Below, piece by piece: positions 40,913-51,342 of a stretch of 64,000 bases of DNA. The notes under the pieces were generated by a model. That model was not told the DNA's origin. It did not search any database and was given only the letters and a program-made list of their open reading frames with translations. How positions within the stretch are numbered: the first letter of the stretch is position 1; the number at the start of each line of letters is the position of its first letter. Origin of the DNA: Rhodocyclaceae bacterium (GTDB lineage: Bacteria > Pseudomonadota > Gammaproteobacteria > Burkholderiales > Rhodocyclaceae); the NCBI GenBank assembly GCA_035565355.1, contig DATMSM010000044.1:7373-71372 (forward strand). The letters are read 5' to 3'. Both the position numbers and the translations under genes were made by a program.

Positions 40913-40937
40913 AACCAGCCACGGGCTGGTTTTTTTA
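40913..40937 (+). terminator. Rho-independent terminator
   Basis: Stem AACCAGCC / GGCTGGTT followed by a T-run. Confidence 0.7.
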
Positions 40938-41005
40938 TGTCCGAATTTCATGCACATGAGAATTGTTAGCGTTTAGAATGCCTTAGCTTTTCTTTCATAA
41001 CAGGC

Positions 41006-42046
41006 ATGACCCGAAGGACAACAATGCAAGCCATTCTGAAAACCGCTCTGGGCACCCTTTTCCTGGCAACGCTGGCAGGCGCTGCCCAGGCCGAAGACAA
41101 GGTGCTGAATCTGTATTCGGCCCGTCACTATCAGACCGACGAGGCGCTTTACAGCAACTTTACGCGCATCACCGGCATCACCATCAACCGCATCGAGGGC
41201 AAGGAAGAAGAGCTGCTCGAACGTATCAAGAACGAAGGTGCCAACAGCCCGGCCGATATCTTCCTGACCGTAGACGCCTCGCGCCTGGCACAAGCCGAGC
41301 AACTTGGCCTGTTCGCCCCGGTCAAGTCCAAGGTGCTGGAATCGCGCATTCCCAAGCATCTACGCTCCGACAGTTGGTTCGCCTTTTCCAAGCGCGCGCG
41401 CGTCATCATCTATAACAAGGCGCAGTTCACGGCCGCCGATGCACAGAACTACGAAGATCTGGCAAGCCCCAAGTTCAAGGGCAAGGTGTGTTCGCGCTCA
41501 GGCTCGCACCCCTACAACATCTCGCTGATGGCGGCGCTCGTCGCGCATAACGGCGAAGCCAAGACTGAAGCCTGGGCCAAGGGCATCGTCGCCAACTTCG
41601 CACGCGCGCCCAAGGGCGGCGATACCGACCAGATCAAGGCAGTCAGTGCCGGCGAATGCGGCGTGGCCGTCTCCAACACCTACTATCTGGTGCGCCTGCT
41701 GCGCTCGAGCAAGCCGGAAGACAAAAAGATCATGGACAACATCGGCATCGTCTGGCCGAACCAGACAAGTTACGGCACGCATGTGAACATCTCCGGTGGC
41801 GGCATGCTCAAGTCCGCGCCGCACAAGGAGGCCGCCGTCAAGTTCATGGAATATCTGGTATCCGATCTGGCCCAGGAATACTTTGCCAACGGCAACAATG
41901 AATGGCCGGTGATCGCAAATGCCTCGACCAAGAACGAAACCCTGGATTCGCTGGGCAAGTTCAAGGAAGACACGCTGCCGGTCGCCACCCTGGCCAAGAA
42001 CGCCACCGTGGCCCAGAAGATCTCGGATCGTTCGGGTTATCGCTAA
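41006..42046 (+). CDS. Fe(3+) ABC transporter substrate-binding protein (FbpA/AfuA-like)
   Basis: Signal peptide ending AGAAQA, then KVLNLYSARHYQTDEALY. About 340 aa. Confidence 0.85.
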   Translation: MTRRTTMQAILKTALGTLFLATLAGAAQAEDKVLNLYSARHYQTDEALYSNFTRITGITINRIEGKEEELLERIKNEGANSPADIFLTVDASRLAQAEQLGLFAPVKSKVLESRIPKHLRSDSWFAFSKRARVIIYNKAQFTAADAQNYEDLASPKFKGKVCSRSGSHPYNISLMAALVAHNGEAKTEAWAKGIVANFARAPKGGDTDQIKAVSAGECGVAVSNTYYLVRLLRSSKPEDKKIMDNIGIVWPNQTSYGTHVNISGGGMLKSAPHKEAAVKFMEYLVSDLAQEYFANGNNEWPVIANASTKNETLDSLGKFKEDTLPVATLAKNATVAQKISDRSGYR

Positions 42047-42063
42047 ACCGTAAGCGCTGCAGT

Positions 42064-42107
42064 AAAAAAAGCCTCGCTCTTTGAATGGGCGAGGCTTTTT
42101 TATTTTC
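42064..42107. terminator. Bidirectional rho-independent terminator between the SBP gene and the convergent permease gene
   Basis: Stem AGCCTCGC / GCGAGGCT with A7 upstream and T-runs downstream. Confidence 0.7.
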
Positions 42108-42139
42108 GAGTCCCCAGCGCACCCTGTGCGCCCGCCCGT

Positions 42140-43807
42140 TCAGCGGCGGCTGCGCGCAATCTGTCGCGACAGCGCAATCAAGGGCAGCAAACCGGCCAGG
42201 ACGATGGTCAGGGCCGCCGTCGAGGCCTCGCTCAGACGCTCGTCGGCGGCGAGAATATAGGTCTGGGTGGCCAGCGTGTCGAAGTTGAAGGGGCGCATCA
42301 CCAGCGTGGCCGGCAGCTCCTTCATCACATCGACGAACACCAGCAGGCCCGCTGTCAAAAGACTGCCGCGCAGCATCGGCAGATGCACGCGGCGCAGAGT
42401 TTCGCCCGGCGCGCAGCCCAGGCTCTTCGCCGCATCCTCCATATTCGGCGTTACCTTGGCGAGTCCTGCCTCCACCGTCTGCAGTGCCATGCCCAGAAAG
42501 CGCACCAGATAGGCATAGACCAGGGCAGCAATGCCGCCGGTCAGGATCAGACCTGGGTTACTGCCGCCCAGGTCTTGCCAGAGCGTTGCCAGCACATGAT
42601 CAAGACGCGTCACCGGAATCAGTACCCCCACGGCAATCACGGAACCCGGTACCGCATAGCCCAGGCTGACGACCCGATTGGCCCAGCGCGGCACGCGGCT
42701 GCGGCGCGAGCGTGCTGCGTAGGCCAGCGCGACTGCCAGCAGCATGGCCAGCACTGCCGTCAGCGAAGCCAGCACCACGCTGTTGCGTACGAGAATAAAG
42801 AAGCGTGTACCGAATTGCGCATCGCCCTCGCTCAGCGTCATATCCAGCAGCACTCCCGCCGGCAAGAGGAAGCCAATGATCAGGGGCAACAGGCACAAGC
42901 CACTCGCCGCCCAGCCGCGCCAGCCTGTGAGCGTACGGCTCACGACGCTGCGGCTGCGTGCGGCGCCGGCACCGAAACGGGCGCGGCCGCGGCTGAAATG
43001 CTCCAGCGCCAACAGTAGAAACACAAAGCTGAGCAGACAACCCGCCAGCTGTGCCGAGGCCACGCGGTCACCCAGCGCAAACCAGGTGCGGTAAATGCCG
43101 GTGGTAAAGGTATCGACGCCGAAATAGGCCACCGTGCCGTAATCGGCCAGGGTTTCCATCAAGGCCAGGGCGGTGCCGGCCACGAGGGCGGGCCGCGCCA
43201 GTGGCAGCGACACGCGCCAGAAGCTCTCCCACGGCGACAGCCCCAGCGAACGCGCCGCCTCCAGCGCAGAGCCGGCCCGCTCCAGAAAGACGGTGCGCGC
43301 CAGCAGATACACATAGGGATAGAGCACGCAGATGAACAGCACGATCGCGCCACCCAGGCTGCGCACATCAGGAAACCAGTAGTCGCCGTAGTTCCAGCCA
43401 AAAACCTCACGCAGCCAACTCTGCACCGGGCCGACGAACTGCAGCAAGTCGGTATAGGTATAGGCCATGACATAGGCCGGCATGGCCAGCGGGATCACCA
43501 GCGCCCACTCGAAGATACGGCGTCCGGGAAAGTCATGCATCGCCGTGAGCCAGGCCGCGCCGACGCCAACCGCCGTCACACCCACCCCAACGCCCAGGCA
43601 CAGCCACACGGTATTGAGCACGTACTCAGGCAGGACCGTCGCCAGCAGATGCGCCCAGGTGTCGCCGGTACCGCTGAAGAAGAGATTGCTGCCGACCACG
43701 AACACGGGCAGCGCCACCAGCGCTGCAATCAGCACGGCAGCCAGGGCAGCAAGAGGGGTAAAGGGCAGGCGCAAGGGGTTCCAGCGAAGGAAGGCGAAGC
43801 CGCGCAT
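42140..43807 (-). CDS. Iron(III) ABC transporter permease (two fused MetI-like domains, FbpB-like)
   Basis: 555 aa from MRGFAFLRWNPLRL. Two EAAxxLG-like loops (LEAARSLGLSPWESFWRVSLP and EDAAKSLGCAPGETLRRVHLP). The 162-aa upstream ORF extension overlaps the ATPase gene and was rejected. Confidence 0.85.
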   Translation of the reverse strand: MRGFAFLRWNPLRLPFTPLAALAAVLIAALVALPVFVVGSNLFFSGTGDTWAHLLATVLPEYVLNTVWLCLGVGVGVTAVGVGAAWLTAMHDFPGRRIFEWALVIPLAMPAYVMAYTYTDLLQFVGPVQSWLREVFGWNYGDYWFPDVRSLGGAIVLFICVLYPYVYLLARTVFLERAGSALEAARSLGLSPWESFWRVSLPLARPALVAGTALALMETLADYGTVAYFGVDTFTTGIYRTWFALGDRVASAQLAGCLLSFVFLLLALEHFSRGRARFGAGAARSRSVVSRTLTGWRGWAASGLCLLPLIIGFLLPAGVLLDMTLSEGDAQFGTRFFILVRNSVVLASLTAVLAMLLAVALAYAARSRRSRVPRWANRVVSLGYAVPGSVIAVGVLIPVTRLDHVLATLWQDLGGSNPGLILTGGIAALVYAYLVRFLGMALQTVEAGLAKVTPNMEDAAKSLGCAPGETLRRVHLPMLRGSLLTAGLLVFVDVMKELPATLVMRPFNFDTLATQTYILAADERLSEASTAALTIVLAGLLPLIALSRQIARSRR

Positions 43808-43855
43808 TATAATTGAGGGTGATTCACACTCCGCCTCCCGGGCACGCAAACCAAC

Positions 43856-44917
43856 GTGAGCCAAACCGCCGCACTCCTGCAGATCAAGGGCCTCCAGCAT
43901 CGCTACGGCGAGCAGGTCGTGATCGACAATCTTTCGCTGCAACTTGCCGAGGGCGAGATCGGTTGCTTGCTTGGCAGCTCCGGTTGCGGCAAGACCACGG
44001 TGTTGCGCTGCATCGCCGGCTTCGAGCATGCGCAGGGCGGACGAATCGAGGTTGCGGGCGTCACTCTGAGCGCACCAGGACAACACATGCCGCCGGAACG
44101 CCGCCGCATCGGCATGGTGTTCCAGGACTACGCGCTGTTTCCCCATCTCGACATCGCCACCAATATCGCCTTCGGCCTGCGCGGCCTGTCGGCAACAGAG
44201 GCCGCTGCGCGTGTTGAGGAACTGCTCGAACTGATCGGCCTCGCCGGCCGCAGCAAGCGCTATCCGCACGAGATTTCCGGCGGCCAGCAGCAACGCGTGG
44301 CCCTCGCCCGCGCACTGGCGCCCCGACCACGCCTGCTCCTGCTCGATGAGCCCTTCAGCAATCTCGACGTGGAACTGCGCGAGCGGCTTTCACAGGAGGT
44401 GCGCAGCATTCTCAAGCAGAGCGGCACCACGGCGATATTGGTGACGCACGACCAGAACGAAGCTTTCGCCGTGGCCGACAAGGTCGGCGTCATGCGCGCC
44501 GGCCGCATCGAGCAGTGGGACACACCTTATCGCCTCTATCATCAGCCGGAAACCCGTTACGTCGCCGACTTCATCGGCCAGGGCGCCTTCCTGGCAGGCA
44601 CGGCGGTGGACAGCCATACCGTGGCCATGGAGCTGGGGGCGCTGCAAAGCCTCAGCCCCATCGACTGCCACGATCCCGCCCCCATGCAGATCTTGCTGCG
44701 TCCCGACGATGTGGTGCATGACGACGCCAGCACACTGACGGCCGAAGTGGTCAACCGCATCTTCCGCGGCGCCGACTTCCTCTACACCCTGCGCCTGGCC
44801 TCGGGCGCCGAAGTGCTGTCGCTAGTGCCCTCACACCATAACCACGCCATCGGCGAACACATCGGCATCCGCATCGATGCCGATCACGTCGTCACTTTCC
44901 GAGCCGGGCAGACTTGA
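43856..44917 (+). CDS. ABC transporter ATP-binding protein (FbpC/PotA-like with a C-terminal TOBE-like domain)
   Basis: Walker [10 protein letters not shown], signature [15 protein letters not shown], Walker [15 protein letters not shown] start. Confidence 0.9.
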   Translation: MSQTAALLQIKGLQHRYGEQVVIDNLSLQLAEGEIGCLLGSSGCGKTTVLRCIAGFEHAQGGRIEVAGVTLSAPGQHMPPERRRIGMVFQDYALFPHLDIATNIAFGLRGLSATEAAARVEELLELIGLAGRSKRYPHEISGGQQQRVALARALAPRPRLLLLDEPFSNLDVELRERLSQEVRSILKQSGTTAILVTHDQNEAFAVADKVGVMRAGRIEQWDTPYRLYHQPETRYVADFIGQGAFLAGTAVDSHTVAMELGALQSLSPIDCHDPAPMQILLRPDDVVHDDASTLTAEVVNRIFRGADFLYTLRLASGAEVLSLVPSHHNHAIGEHIGIRIDADHVVTFRAGQT

Positions 44918-45639
44918 TACCCTGGCTGCCGCCCGAGCCAGTATTCCCCCCGCTGGAATCCGCGCTGAGCGAACCCAATGGCCCGAACGGATTGCTCGCC
45001 GCCGGCGGCGACCTCTCCCCTGAGCGCTTGCTGAGCGCCTACGCACGAGGCATTTTCCCCTGGTTCTCCAAGGGTGACCCCATCCTCTGGTGGAGCCCGG
45101 ATCCGCGCATGGTGCTGACCCCAAGCGAGATCATCATCCGTCGCTCCCTGGCCAAGGTGCTGCGCAACTGCACCTATGAAATACGCGTGGATACGGCGTT
45201 TGCCGGTGTCATGGCCGCTTGCGCCGCGCCCCGGCAGGACGGGCAGAGCGGCACCTGGATCGTGCCGGAGATTCAAACCGCCTATGTGCGCCTGCATGAA
45301 CTTGGTTACGCGCACAGCGTCGAAACCTGGATAGACGGGAAACTCGCGGGTGGTCTCTACGGCGTAGCCCTGGGTCATGCCTTCTTCGGCGAATCGATGT
45401 TCTCGCGCCACAAGGATGCCTCCAAGATCGCGCTCGCCCACCTGTGCGTCCTGCTGCAACAGAAAGGTTTTGGCATAATTGATTGCCAGATGGAAACTAC
45501 TCACCTAGCCTCGCTCGGCGCTCGCCCCATCCCTCGCAGCGAATTCGCTGCCCGGCTGGGGGTGCTTGTGCCCCAGCAAGGCGAAGTCGGCCCATGGTCG
45601 GCTGCTACCGTGAGCGGACATTTCCGCAAGGACGCCTGA
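44914..45639 (+). CDS. aat: Leucyl/phenylalanyl-tRNA--protein transferase
   Basis: [35 protein letters not shown] is very close to the E. coli Aat motif. TTG start overlaps the preceding stop. Confidence 0.92.
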   Translation: MIPWLPPEPVFPPLESALSEPNGPNGLLAAGGDLSPERLLSAYARGIFPWFSKGDPILWWSPDPRMVLTPSEIIIRRSLAKVLRNCTYEIRVDTAFAGVMAACAAPRQDGQSGTWIVPEIQTAYVRLHELGYAHSVETWIDGKLAGGLYGVALGHAFFGESMFSRHKDASKIALAHLCVLLQQKGFGIIDCQMETTHLASLGARPIPRSEFAARLGVLVPQQGEVGPWSAATVSGHFRKDA

Positions 45640-45640
45640 G

Positions 45641-46384
45641 ATGGCCTACCTGCGCGACCTTCCCCCCTTCCCGCTGCTGCACTTCTACGCCACGGCGCCT
45701 TACGGCTGCTCCTACCTGCCGGGCCGCGTGGCGCGCTCGCAGGTCGCCACGCCGACCCATCTGATCGACAACGACACCTACGGCGAACTTGTGCGTGCCG
45801 GCTTCCGCCGCAGCGGCGTGTTCACCTATCGCCCGCACTGCGGCACCTGCCGCGAGTGCGTGCCGGTGCGCCTGCGCGTCGCCGACTTCAAGCCCAATCG
45901 CAGCCAGCGCCGCTCGCTCAAGCAGCACGCCGCGCTGGTGCCGCGCGAAATGGGCCTGGGCTTCCGCGAGGACCACTATCAGCTTTACCAGCGCTACCAG
46001 GCGGCGCGTCACTCCGGCGGCGGCATGGACAGCGACAGCCGTGAGCAGTACGCCCAGTTCCTGCTGCAAAGCCACGTCGATAGCTGCCTCGTGGAGTTTC
46101 GCGAAGACGGCGTGCTGCGCATGGTCAGCATCATCGATCTACTCTCGGACGGACTCTCGTCCGTCTATACCTTCTACGATCCGGATATCGAGCACGCCAG
46201 CTACGGCACCTTCGGCATCCTGTGGCAGGTGGCGCAATGCCAGCACCTGAAACTGCCCTATCTGTATCTGGGCTACTGGATACGCGACAGCCAGAAGATG
46301 GCGTACAAGGCCAGCTTCCGTCCGCTGGAACGCTTGAGCGATGAGCCGGGTACCGACAGACTCTGGGTGGATCTCACGCCTTAG
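45641..46384 (+). CDS. bpt: Arginyl-tRNA--protein transferase family protein (Bpt)
   Basis: CSYLPGR...FRRSG...[16 protein letters not shown] and SSVYTFYDP motifs. Confidence 0.9.
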   Translation: MAYLRDLPPFPLLHFYATAPYGCSYLPGRVARSQVATPTHLIDNDTYGELVRAGFRRSGVFTYRPHCGTCRECVPVRLRVADFKPNRSQRRSLKQHAALVPREMGLGFREDHYQLYQRYQAARHSGGGMDSDSREQYAQFLLQSHVDSCLVEFREDGVLRMVSIIDLLSDGLSSVYTFYDPDIEHASYGTFGILWQVAQCQHLKLPYLYLGYWIRDSQKMAYKASFRPLERLSDEPGTDRLWVDLTP

Positions 46385-46444
46385 CGCCGGGACTCAGCCC
46401 ACGCCCCCGAGAAGGGGACGGGAGGCAGGTTAAAATGCGGCGCT

Positions 46445-47449
46445 ATGCTGCCCTACTCCCTTGCCCGCCCCTTCCTGTTTTCGCTAGACGCGGAAACCGC
46501 CCATGAATTCACGCTGAACACCTTGCGTCGCACGCAGGGACTGATGCCCGCCTGTGCCTCCAGCGGCCGCCCTGTGCATGTGATGGGCATCGACTTTCCC
46601 AACCCGGTCGGTCTCGCCGCCGGGCTCGACAAGAACGGCGAGTGCATCGAGGCCTGGGGCAAGCTGGGTTTCGGCTTTGTCGAGATCGGCACCGTCACGC
46701 CGCGCCCGCAGCCGGGCAACCCCAAGCCGCGCATGTTCCGCCTGCCGGAGGCCATGGGCATCATCAACCGCATGGGCTTCAACAACCACGGCGTAGACAA
46801 TCTGCTCGCCAATGTCGCCGCCAGCAAGTACAAGGGCGTGCTCGGCATCAATATCGGCAAGAATTTCGACACGCCGATCGAGAACGCCGCCGACGACTAC
46901 CTGATCTGTCTGGACAAGGTCTACGCGGCCGCCAGCTATGTGACGGTCAATATCTCCTCGCCGAACACCAAGAACCTGCGCCAGTTGCAGGGCGAATCCG
47001 AGTTGGATGCCCTGCTCGGCGCATTGAAGGCGCGGCAGACCGAGCTGACCCAGCGGCACGGCAGATATGTGCCGATCACGCTAAAGATCGCGCCCGATCT
47101 CGACGAGGCACAGATCGTGAATATCGCCGATGCACTGCGCCGTCATCGTATCGACGGCGTGATTGCCACCAACACCACCCTGGGGCGCGCAGGCGTCGAA
47201 CACCTCAAGTATGGCGCTGAAGCCGGCGGCCTGTCCGGCGCGCCGGTCTTCGAGAAATCCACCGCCGTAGTCGCGGCACTGAGCCAGGCCCTGGCCGGCG
47301 AACTGCCCATCATCGCGGCCGGCGGCATCACCGATGGCGCCAAGGCCAAGGCCAAACTCGATGCCGGCGCCAGCCTGGTGCAGATCTACTCGGGCATGAT
47401 CTTCCGCGGCCCGACGCTGATTGCGGAAAGCATCCAAGCGACCCGCTGA
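46445..47449 (+). CDS. pyrD: Dihydroorotate dehydrogenase (quinone)
   Basis: [14 protein letters not shown]...[26 protein letters not shown]...ISSPNT motifs. Confidence 0.95.
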   Translation: MLPYSLARPFLFSLDAETAHEFTLNTLRRTQGLMPACASSGRPVHVMGIDFPNPVGLAAGLDKNGECIEAWGKLGFGFVEIGTVTPRPQPGNPKPRMFRLPEAMGIINRMGFNNHGVDNLLANVAASKYKGVLGINIGKNFDTPIENAADDYLICLDKVYAAASYVTVNISSPNTKNLRQLQGESELDALLGALKARQTELTQRHGRYVPITLKIAPDLDEAQIVNIADALRRHRIDGVIATNTTLGRAGVEHLKYGAEAGGLSGAPVFEKSTAVVAALSQALAGELPIIAAGGITDGAKAKAKLDAGASLVQIYSGMIFRGPTLIAESIQATR

Positions 47450-47563
47450 CCCAAGACCGCTAAGAACTTTAGGTTATATATTTCCTTTTTATAAGTATTT
47501 TCCAAATCTAAACGAGTCCAGTAACATCCGCCTTCCCATAAAAGGCGGTCTGAGTACTTACTC

Positions 47564-48343
47564 ATGGATTTTGGCTATTCAGTTGCAGGTTTCATTGTCG
47601 GCGCCATCGTCGGCCTGACGGGTGTCGGCGGCGGTTCGCTGATGACGCCCCTGCTCGTGCTGATGTTCGGCATCCACCCGGCCAAGGCCGTGGGTACCGA
47701 CCTGCTCTACGCCGCCATCACCAAATCCGGCGGTACCTGGGTGCATGCCAGGAAGGGTACGGTGGACTGGAAAATCACCGGCCTGCTCGCCGCCGGCAGC
47801 ATGCCCGCCACCGTCATCACCCTGCTGCTGGTGCACTTCTATGCGCCGGGCGGCTTCGGCAATGCGACCCACCTTATCTCCGTAGCGCTGGGTATTGCGT
47901 TGCTGTTGACCGCGCTTTCGCTGATCTTCCGCACCAAGCTGCTGACCTGGGCGCAATCGCGCCAGCGCACGCCGCGCAGCCAGAAGGCGACCGACCGCTT
48001 GACCATCCTTACCGGTCTTATCCTCGGCGTACTCGTTTCGCTGTCTTCCGTGGGCGCGGGCGCCCTGGGCGTCACTGCCCTGCTGTTTTTGTATCCGACG
48101 CTGCCAACGGTTAAAATCGTGGGTTCGGACATTGCCCATGCCGTGCCCTTGACCCTGGTCGCGGGCATCGGTCACTGGTTCATGGGCAGTGTGGATTTTG
48201 AACTGCTGGGGGCGCTGCTGGTCGGCTCCCTGCCCGGCATCTATCTCGGCAGCCATCTGGCCGTTCGCATTCCGGAAAAAGTATTGCGTCCCAGTCTTGC
48301 CGCCATTCTGCTCTTCACCGGCAGCAAGCTGCTGGCGAACTAG
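47564..48343 (+). CDS. TauE/SafE-family sulfite exporter-like membrane protein
   Basis: Two repeated halves, each with a GVGGGSLMTPLL / SVGAGALGV motif. Confidence 0.8.
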   Translation: MDFGYSVAGFIVGAIVGLTGVGGGSLMTPLLVLMFGIHPAKAVGTDLLYAAITKSGGTWVHARKGTVDWKITGLLAAGSMPATVITLLLVHFYAPGGFGNATHLISVALGIALLLTALSLIFRTKLLTWAQSRQRTPRSQKATDRLTILTGLILGVLVSLSSVGAGALGVTALLFLYPTLPTVKIVGSDIAHAVPLTLVAGIGHWFMGSVDFELLGALLVGSLPGIYLGSHLAVRIPEKVLRPSLAAILLFTGSKLLAN

Positions 48344-48374
48344 AACAGATAGAGAACACCCCAAAGGCTCTCCT

Positions 48375-50069
48375 ATGTACCGTTACGATCATTACGACCA
48401 GGCCATTGTCGACGACCGCGTGAAGCAGTTCCGCGATCAGACCAATCGCTATCTGGCCGGCACCCTGTCCGAGGACGAATACCGTCCGCTCCGCCTGCAG
48501 AACGGGCTCTACATCCAGCGCTATGCGCCCATGCTGCGCATCGCCATTCCTTACGGTCTGCTCTCTTCCAAGCAATTGCGGGCGCTGTCGGACATCGCGG
48601 CGAAGTACGACCGCAGCTACGGCCACATCAGCACGCGCCAGAACCTGCAACTGAACTGGCCCAAGCTCGAAGACGTGCCGGAAATCCTGGCCGAACTGGC
48701 CAAGGTCGAGATGCACGCCATCCAGACCTCAGGTAACTGTATCCGCAACGTGACCAGCGACCAGTTCGCCGGCGTCTCGCCCGACGAGCTCACCGATCCG
48801 CGCCCCTGGTGCGAGATCCTGCGCCAGTGGTCGACCTTCCACCCGGAGTTCGCCTACCTGCCGCGCAAGTTCAAGATCGCCGTGAACGCTGCCGATACCG
48901 ACCGTGCCGCCACCCGCGTGCATGACATCGGCCTCGACGTGCTGAAGGATGCCGACGGCAACATCGGCTTCCGCGTCATTGTCGGCGGCGGTCTCGGCCG
49001 CACCCCCATCGTCGGCGTCGTGATCAAGGACTTCCTGCCCTGGCAGCACCTGATCACCTATCTCGAATGCATCCTGCGCGTGTACAACCTGCACGGTCGC
49101 CGCGACAACAAGTACAAGGCGCGCATCAAGATCCTGGTCAAGGCGCTGGGCATTGAGGAGTTCCGCCGCCAGGTCGAGAACGAATGGGCCTACGTCAAGG
49201 ATGGCGCGGCCACCCTGACCGAGGCCGAAGTCGAGCGCATCCAGAAGCACTTCACCGATCCGGCCTGGAAGCAACTTGACGACATCAGTCTCGAAAGCAT
49301 CAGTGCAGAGAAGAATGACAAGGCCTTCACGCGCTGGCTCGAACGCAATGTGCACGACCACAAGAAGCCCGGCTACGCCGCCGTGACGCTGTCGCTCAAG
49401 GACCCCAAGACCGCGCCGGGCGACATCACCAGCGCGCAGATGAACTTCGTCGCCGACCTTGCCGACAAGTACAGCTTCGGCGAGCTACGTACTTCGCACG
49501 AACAGAACATCATCCTGGCCGACGTCGAAAAGTCGCGCCTGCATGAGCTGTGGCTGGAAGCCCGCGCCCACAGCCTGGCCTCGCCCACCGTCGGCCTGCT
49601 GCAGGACATCATCTGCTGCCCCGGCGGCGACTTCTGCTCGCTCGCCAACGCCAAGTCCATCCCGATCGCCACCGCGATCCAGGAACGCTTCGACGATCTC
49701 GACTACCTGCACGACATCGGCGAACTCGATCTCAACATCTCCGGCTGCATGAATGCCTGCGGGCACCATCACGTCGGCAATATCGGCATCCTCGGCGTCG
49801 ACAAGAGCGGCTCAGAGTGGTACCAGGTCTCGATCGGCGGCCGCCAGGGCTATAACGCCCACCTCGGCGACGTCATCGGCCCGTCCTTTGCCGCTGCCGA
49901 GATTCCGGACGTGATCAGCCAGTTGATCGAAACCTATATCGACAACCGCGAAAGCGACGACGAACGCTTTGTGGATGCCGTACATCGCCTTGGCATCGGC
50001 CCCTTCAAGGAGCGCGTCTATGCCAACAAGAATAATGCCGGCAAGGAAAGGGCGGTTGCCAATGGCTAA
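48375..50069 (+). CDS. cysI: Sulfite reductase hemoprotein-type nitrite/sulfite reductase
   Basis: Siroheme/4Fe-4S ligands CPGGDFC...SGCMNACGHH. Start set at MYRYDHYDQ. Confidence 0.88.
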   Translation: MYRYDHYDQAIVDDRVKQFRDQTNRYLAGTLSEDEYRPLRLQNGLYIQRYAPMLRIAIPYGLLSSKQLRALSDIAAKYDRSYGHISTRQNLQLNWPKLEDVPEILAELAKVEMHAIQTSGNCIRNVTSDQFAGVSPDELTDPRPWCEILRQWSTFHPEFAYLPRKFKIAVNAADTDRAATRVHDIGLDVLKDADGNIGFRVIVGGGLGRTPIVGVVIKDFLPWQHLITYLECILRVYNLHGRRDNKYKARIKILVKALGIEEFRRQVENEWAYVKDGAATLTEAEVERIQKHFTDPAWKQLDDISLESISAEKNDKAFTRWLERNVHDHKKPGYAAVTLSLKDPKTAPGDITSAQMNFVADLADKYSFGELRTSHEQNIILADVEKSRLHELWLEARAHSLASPTVGLLQDIICCPGGDFCSLANAKSIPIATAIQERFDDLDYLHDIGELDLNISGCMNACGHHHVGNIGILGVDKSGSEWYQVSIGGRQGYNAHLGDVIGPSFAAAEIPDVISQLIETYIDNRESDDERFVDAVHRLGIGPFKERVYANKNNAGKERAVANG

Positions 50070-50574
50070 GATAATCAAGCACAACAATATCGTCGACGAT
50101 AGCTGGACGCTGCTTCGCCTCGCTGAAGGCGAGACGGCCGAGAGCGTGCAGCTGCCGGCCGGCGACCTCATCGTTCCCCTGGCTGTCTGGCAGGCGCGCA
50201 AGACCGAACTGCTGGCCCGACCGCAACGCGGCGTGTGGCTGGCACCGGACGAACTGGCCCAGGACATCGCCACCGACCTCGCCAACCTGCAGCTCGTCGC
50301 CATCGACTTTCCGCAGTTTGCCGACGGCCGCGGCTATTCCACCGCCGCCCTGCTGCGCAGCCGCTTCGGCTGGCGTGGCGAACTGCGCGCCATCGGCGAG
50401 GTGCTCCGGGACCAGCTCTTCTATCTGCACCGCGTCGGCTTCGATGCCTATGCGATTCGCGAAGGCAAGGACATCGAGGACGCGCTGAAAGCGCTTAACG
50501 ACTTCTCCGAAACCTATCAGGCCGCCGTGGATGAACCACTGCCCCTGTTCCGTCGCCGCGGCCGCGCCGCCTGA
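50062..50574 (+). CDS. DUF934-family protein (conserved partner of CysI)
   Basis: MAKIIKHNNIVDDSW...FADGRGYSTAALLR. Overlaps the cysI stop by 8 nt. Confidence 0.75.
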   Translation: MAKIIKHNNIVDDSWTLLRLAEGETAESVQLPAGDLIVPLAVWQARKTELLARPQRGVWLAPDELAQDIATDLANLQLVAIDFPQFADGRGYSTAALLRSRFGWRGELRAIGEVLRDQLFYLHRVGFDAYAIREGKDIEDALKALNDFSETYQAAVDEPLPLFRRRGRAA

Positions 50575-50582
50575 GCCTGAAC

Positions 50583-51302
50583 ATGCCGGACGCAAGACTC
50601 AAGGCCAAAAATCATGCGCTGCCGCCTGAAAAGGTGGAAGCAGCACTGACCCTGCTGCGCCAGGTGGCCAGCGACTATTCGCCGGCCACTTTCGCCAACA
50701 GCCTCGGCGCCGAGGACATGGTGCTGACGGACATGATCCTGCGCGAGAAGATCGCGCTGGAGATCTTCCTGCTCGACACCGGCCGCCTGCCCATCGAAAC
50801 CTACGATCTGCTCGCCGCCGTCGAAAAGCGCTACGGCACCACCTTCAAGGTCTATTACCCCAAGCACGATCTGGTCGAGGAGTATGTGCGTACGCATGGC
50901 ATCAATGCCTTCTACGAGTCCATCGATCTGCGCAAGGGCTGCTGCTACGTGCGCAAGGTGGAACCGCTGGGCCGCGCCCTGGCCGGCAAGAAGGCCTGGG
51001 TGACGGGCCTGCGCGCCGAACAGGCGGCCACGCGCAGCGGCCTGCCCTTGCACGAGAAGGACGCGGGCAACGGACTGGAGAAATTCAATCCGCTCGCCGA
51101 CTGGAGCGAAAAGGATGTGTGGGCCTATATCGCCCAGTACGACGTGCCGTACAACGCCCTGCACGACAAGTTCTACCCCAGCATCGGCTGTGCGCCGTGC
51201 ACCCGCTCGGTCACGCCGGGCGAGGACATACGCTCAGGTCGTTGGTGGTGGGAATCGCCCGAACTGAAAGAGTGCGGTCTGCACGTGAAGAAGTCGGCCT
51301 GA
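50583..51302 (+). CDS. cysH: Adenylyl-sulfate (APS)/PAPS reductase, thioredoxin-dependent, Fe-S-type
   Basis: C-terminal ECGLH motif, plus the CC (KGCCYVRK) and CxxC (GCAPCT) cysteine pairs that mark the Fe-S APS-reductase subgroup. Confidence 0.88.
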   Translation: MPDARLKAKNHALPPEKVEAALTLLRQVASDYSPATFANSLGAEDMVLTDMILREKIALEIFLLDTGRLPIETYDLLAAVEKRYGTTFKVYYPKHDLVEEYVRTHGINAFYESIDLRKGCCYVRKVEPLGRALAGKKAWVTGLRAEQAATRSGLPLHEKDAGNGLEKFNPLADWSEKDVWAYIAQYDVPYNALHDKFYPSIGCAPCTRSVTPGEDIRSGRWWWESPELKECGLHVKKSA

Positions 51303-51342
51303 GACGCGGTCAAAAAACTGCGGCAAAAACGGAAAAGCAAAG

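Noticed and set aside
40958-40976. Possible Fur box upstream of the Fe(3+) binding-protein gene (GAGAATTGTTAGCGTTTAG)
   Set aside because: Only about 10 of 19 positions match GATAATGATAATCATTATC by hand alignment, which is too weak to call without a matrix score.
43808-44293. 162-codon N-terminal extension of the iron permease ORF (the ORF track gives 717 aa)
   Set aside because: The extension overlaps the well-supported ABC ATPase gene on the opposite strand and has no membrane-protein character. The permease homology begins at MRGFAFLRW (43807).
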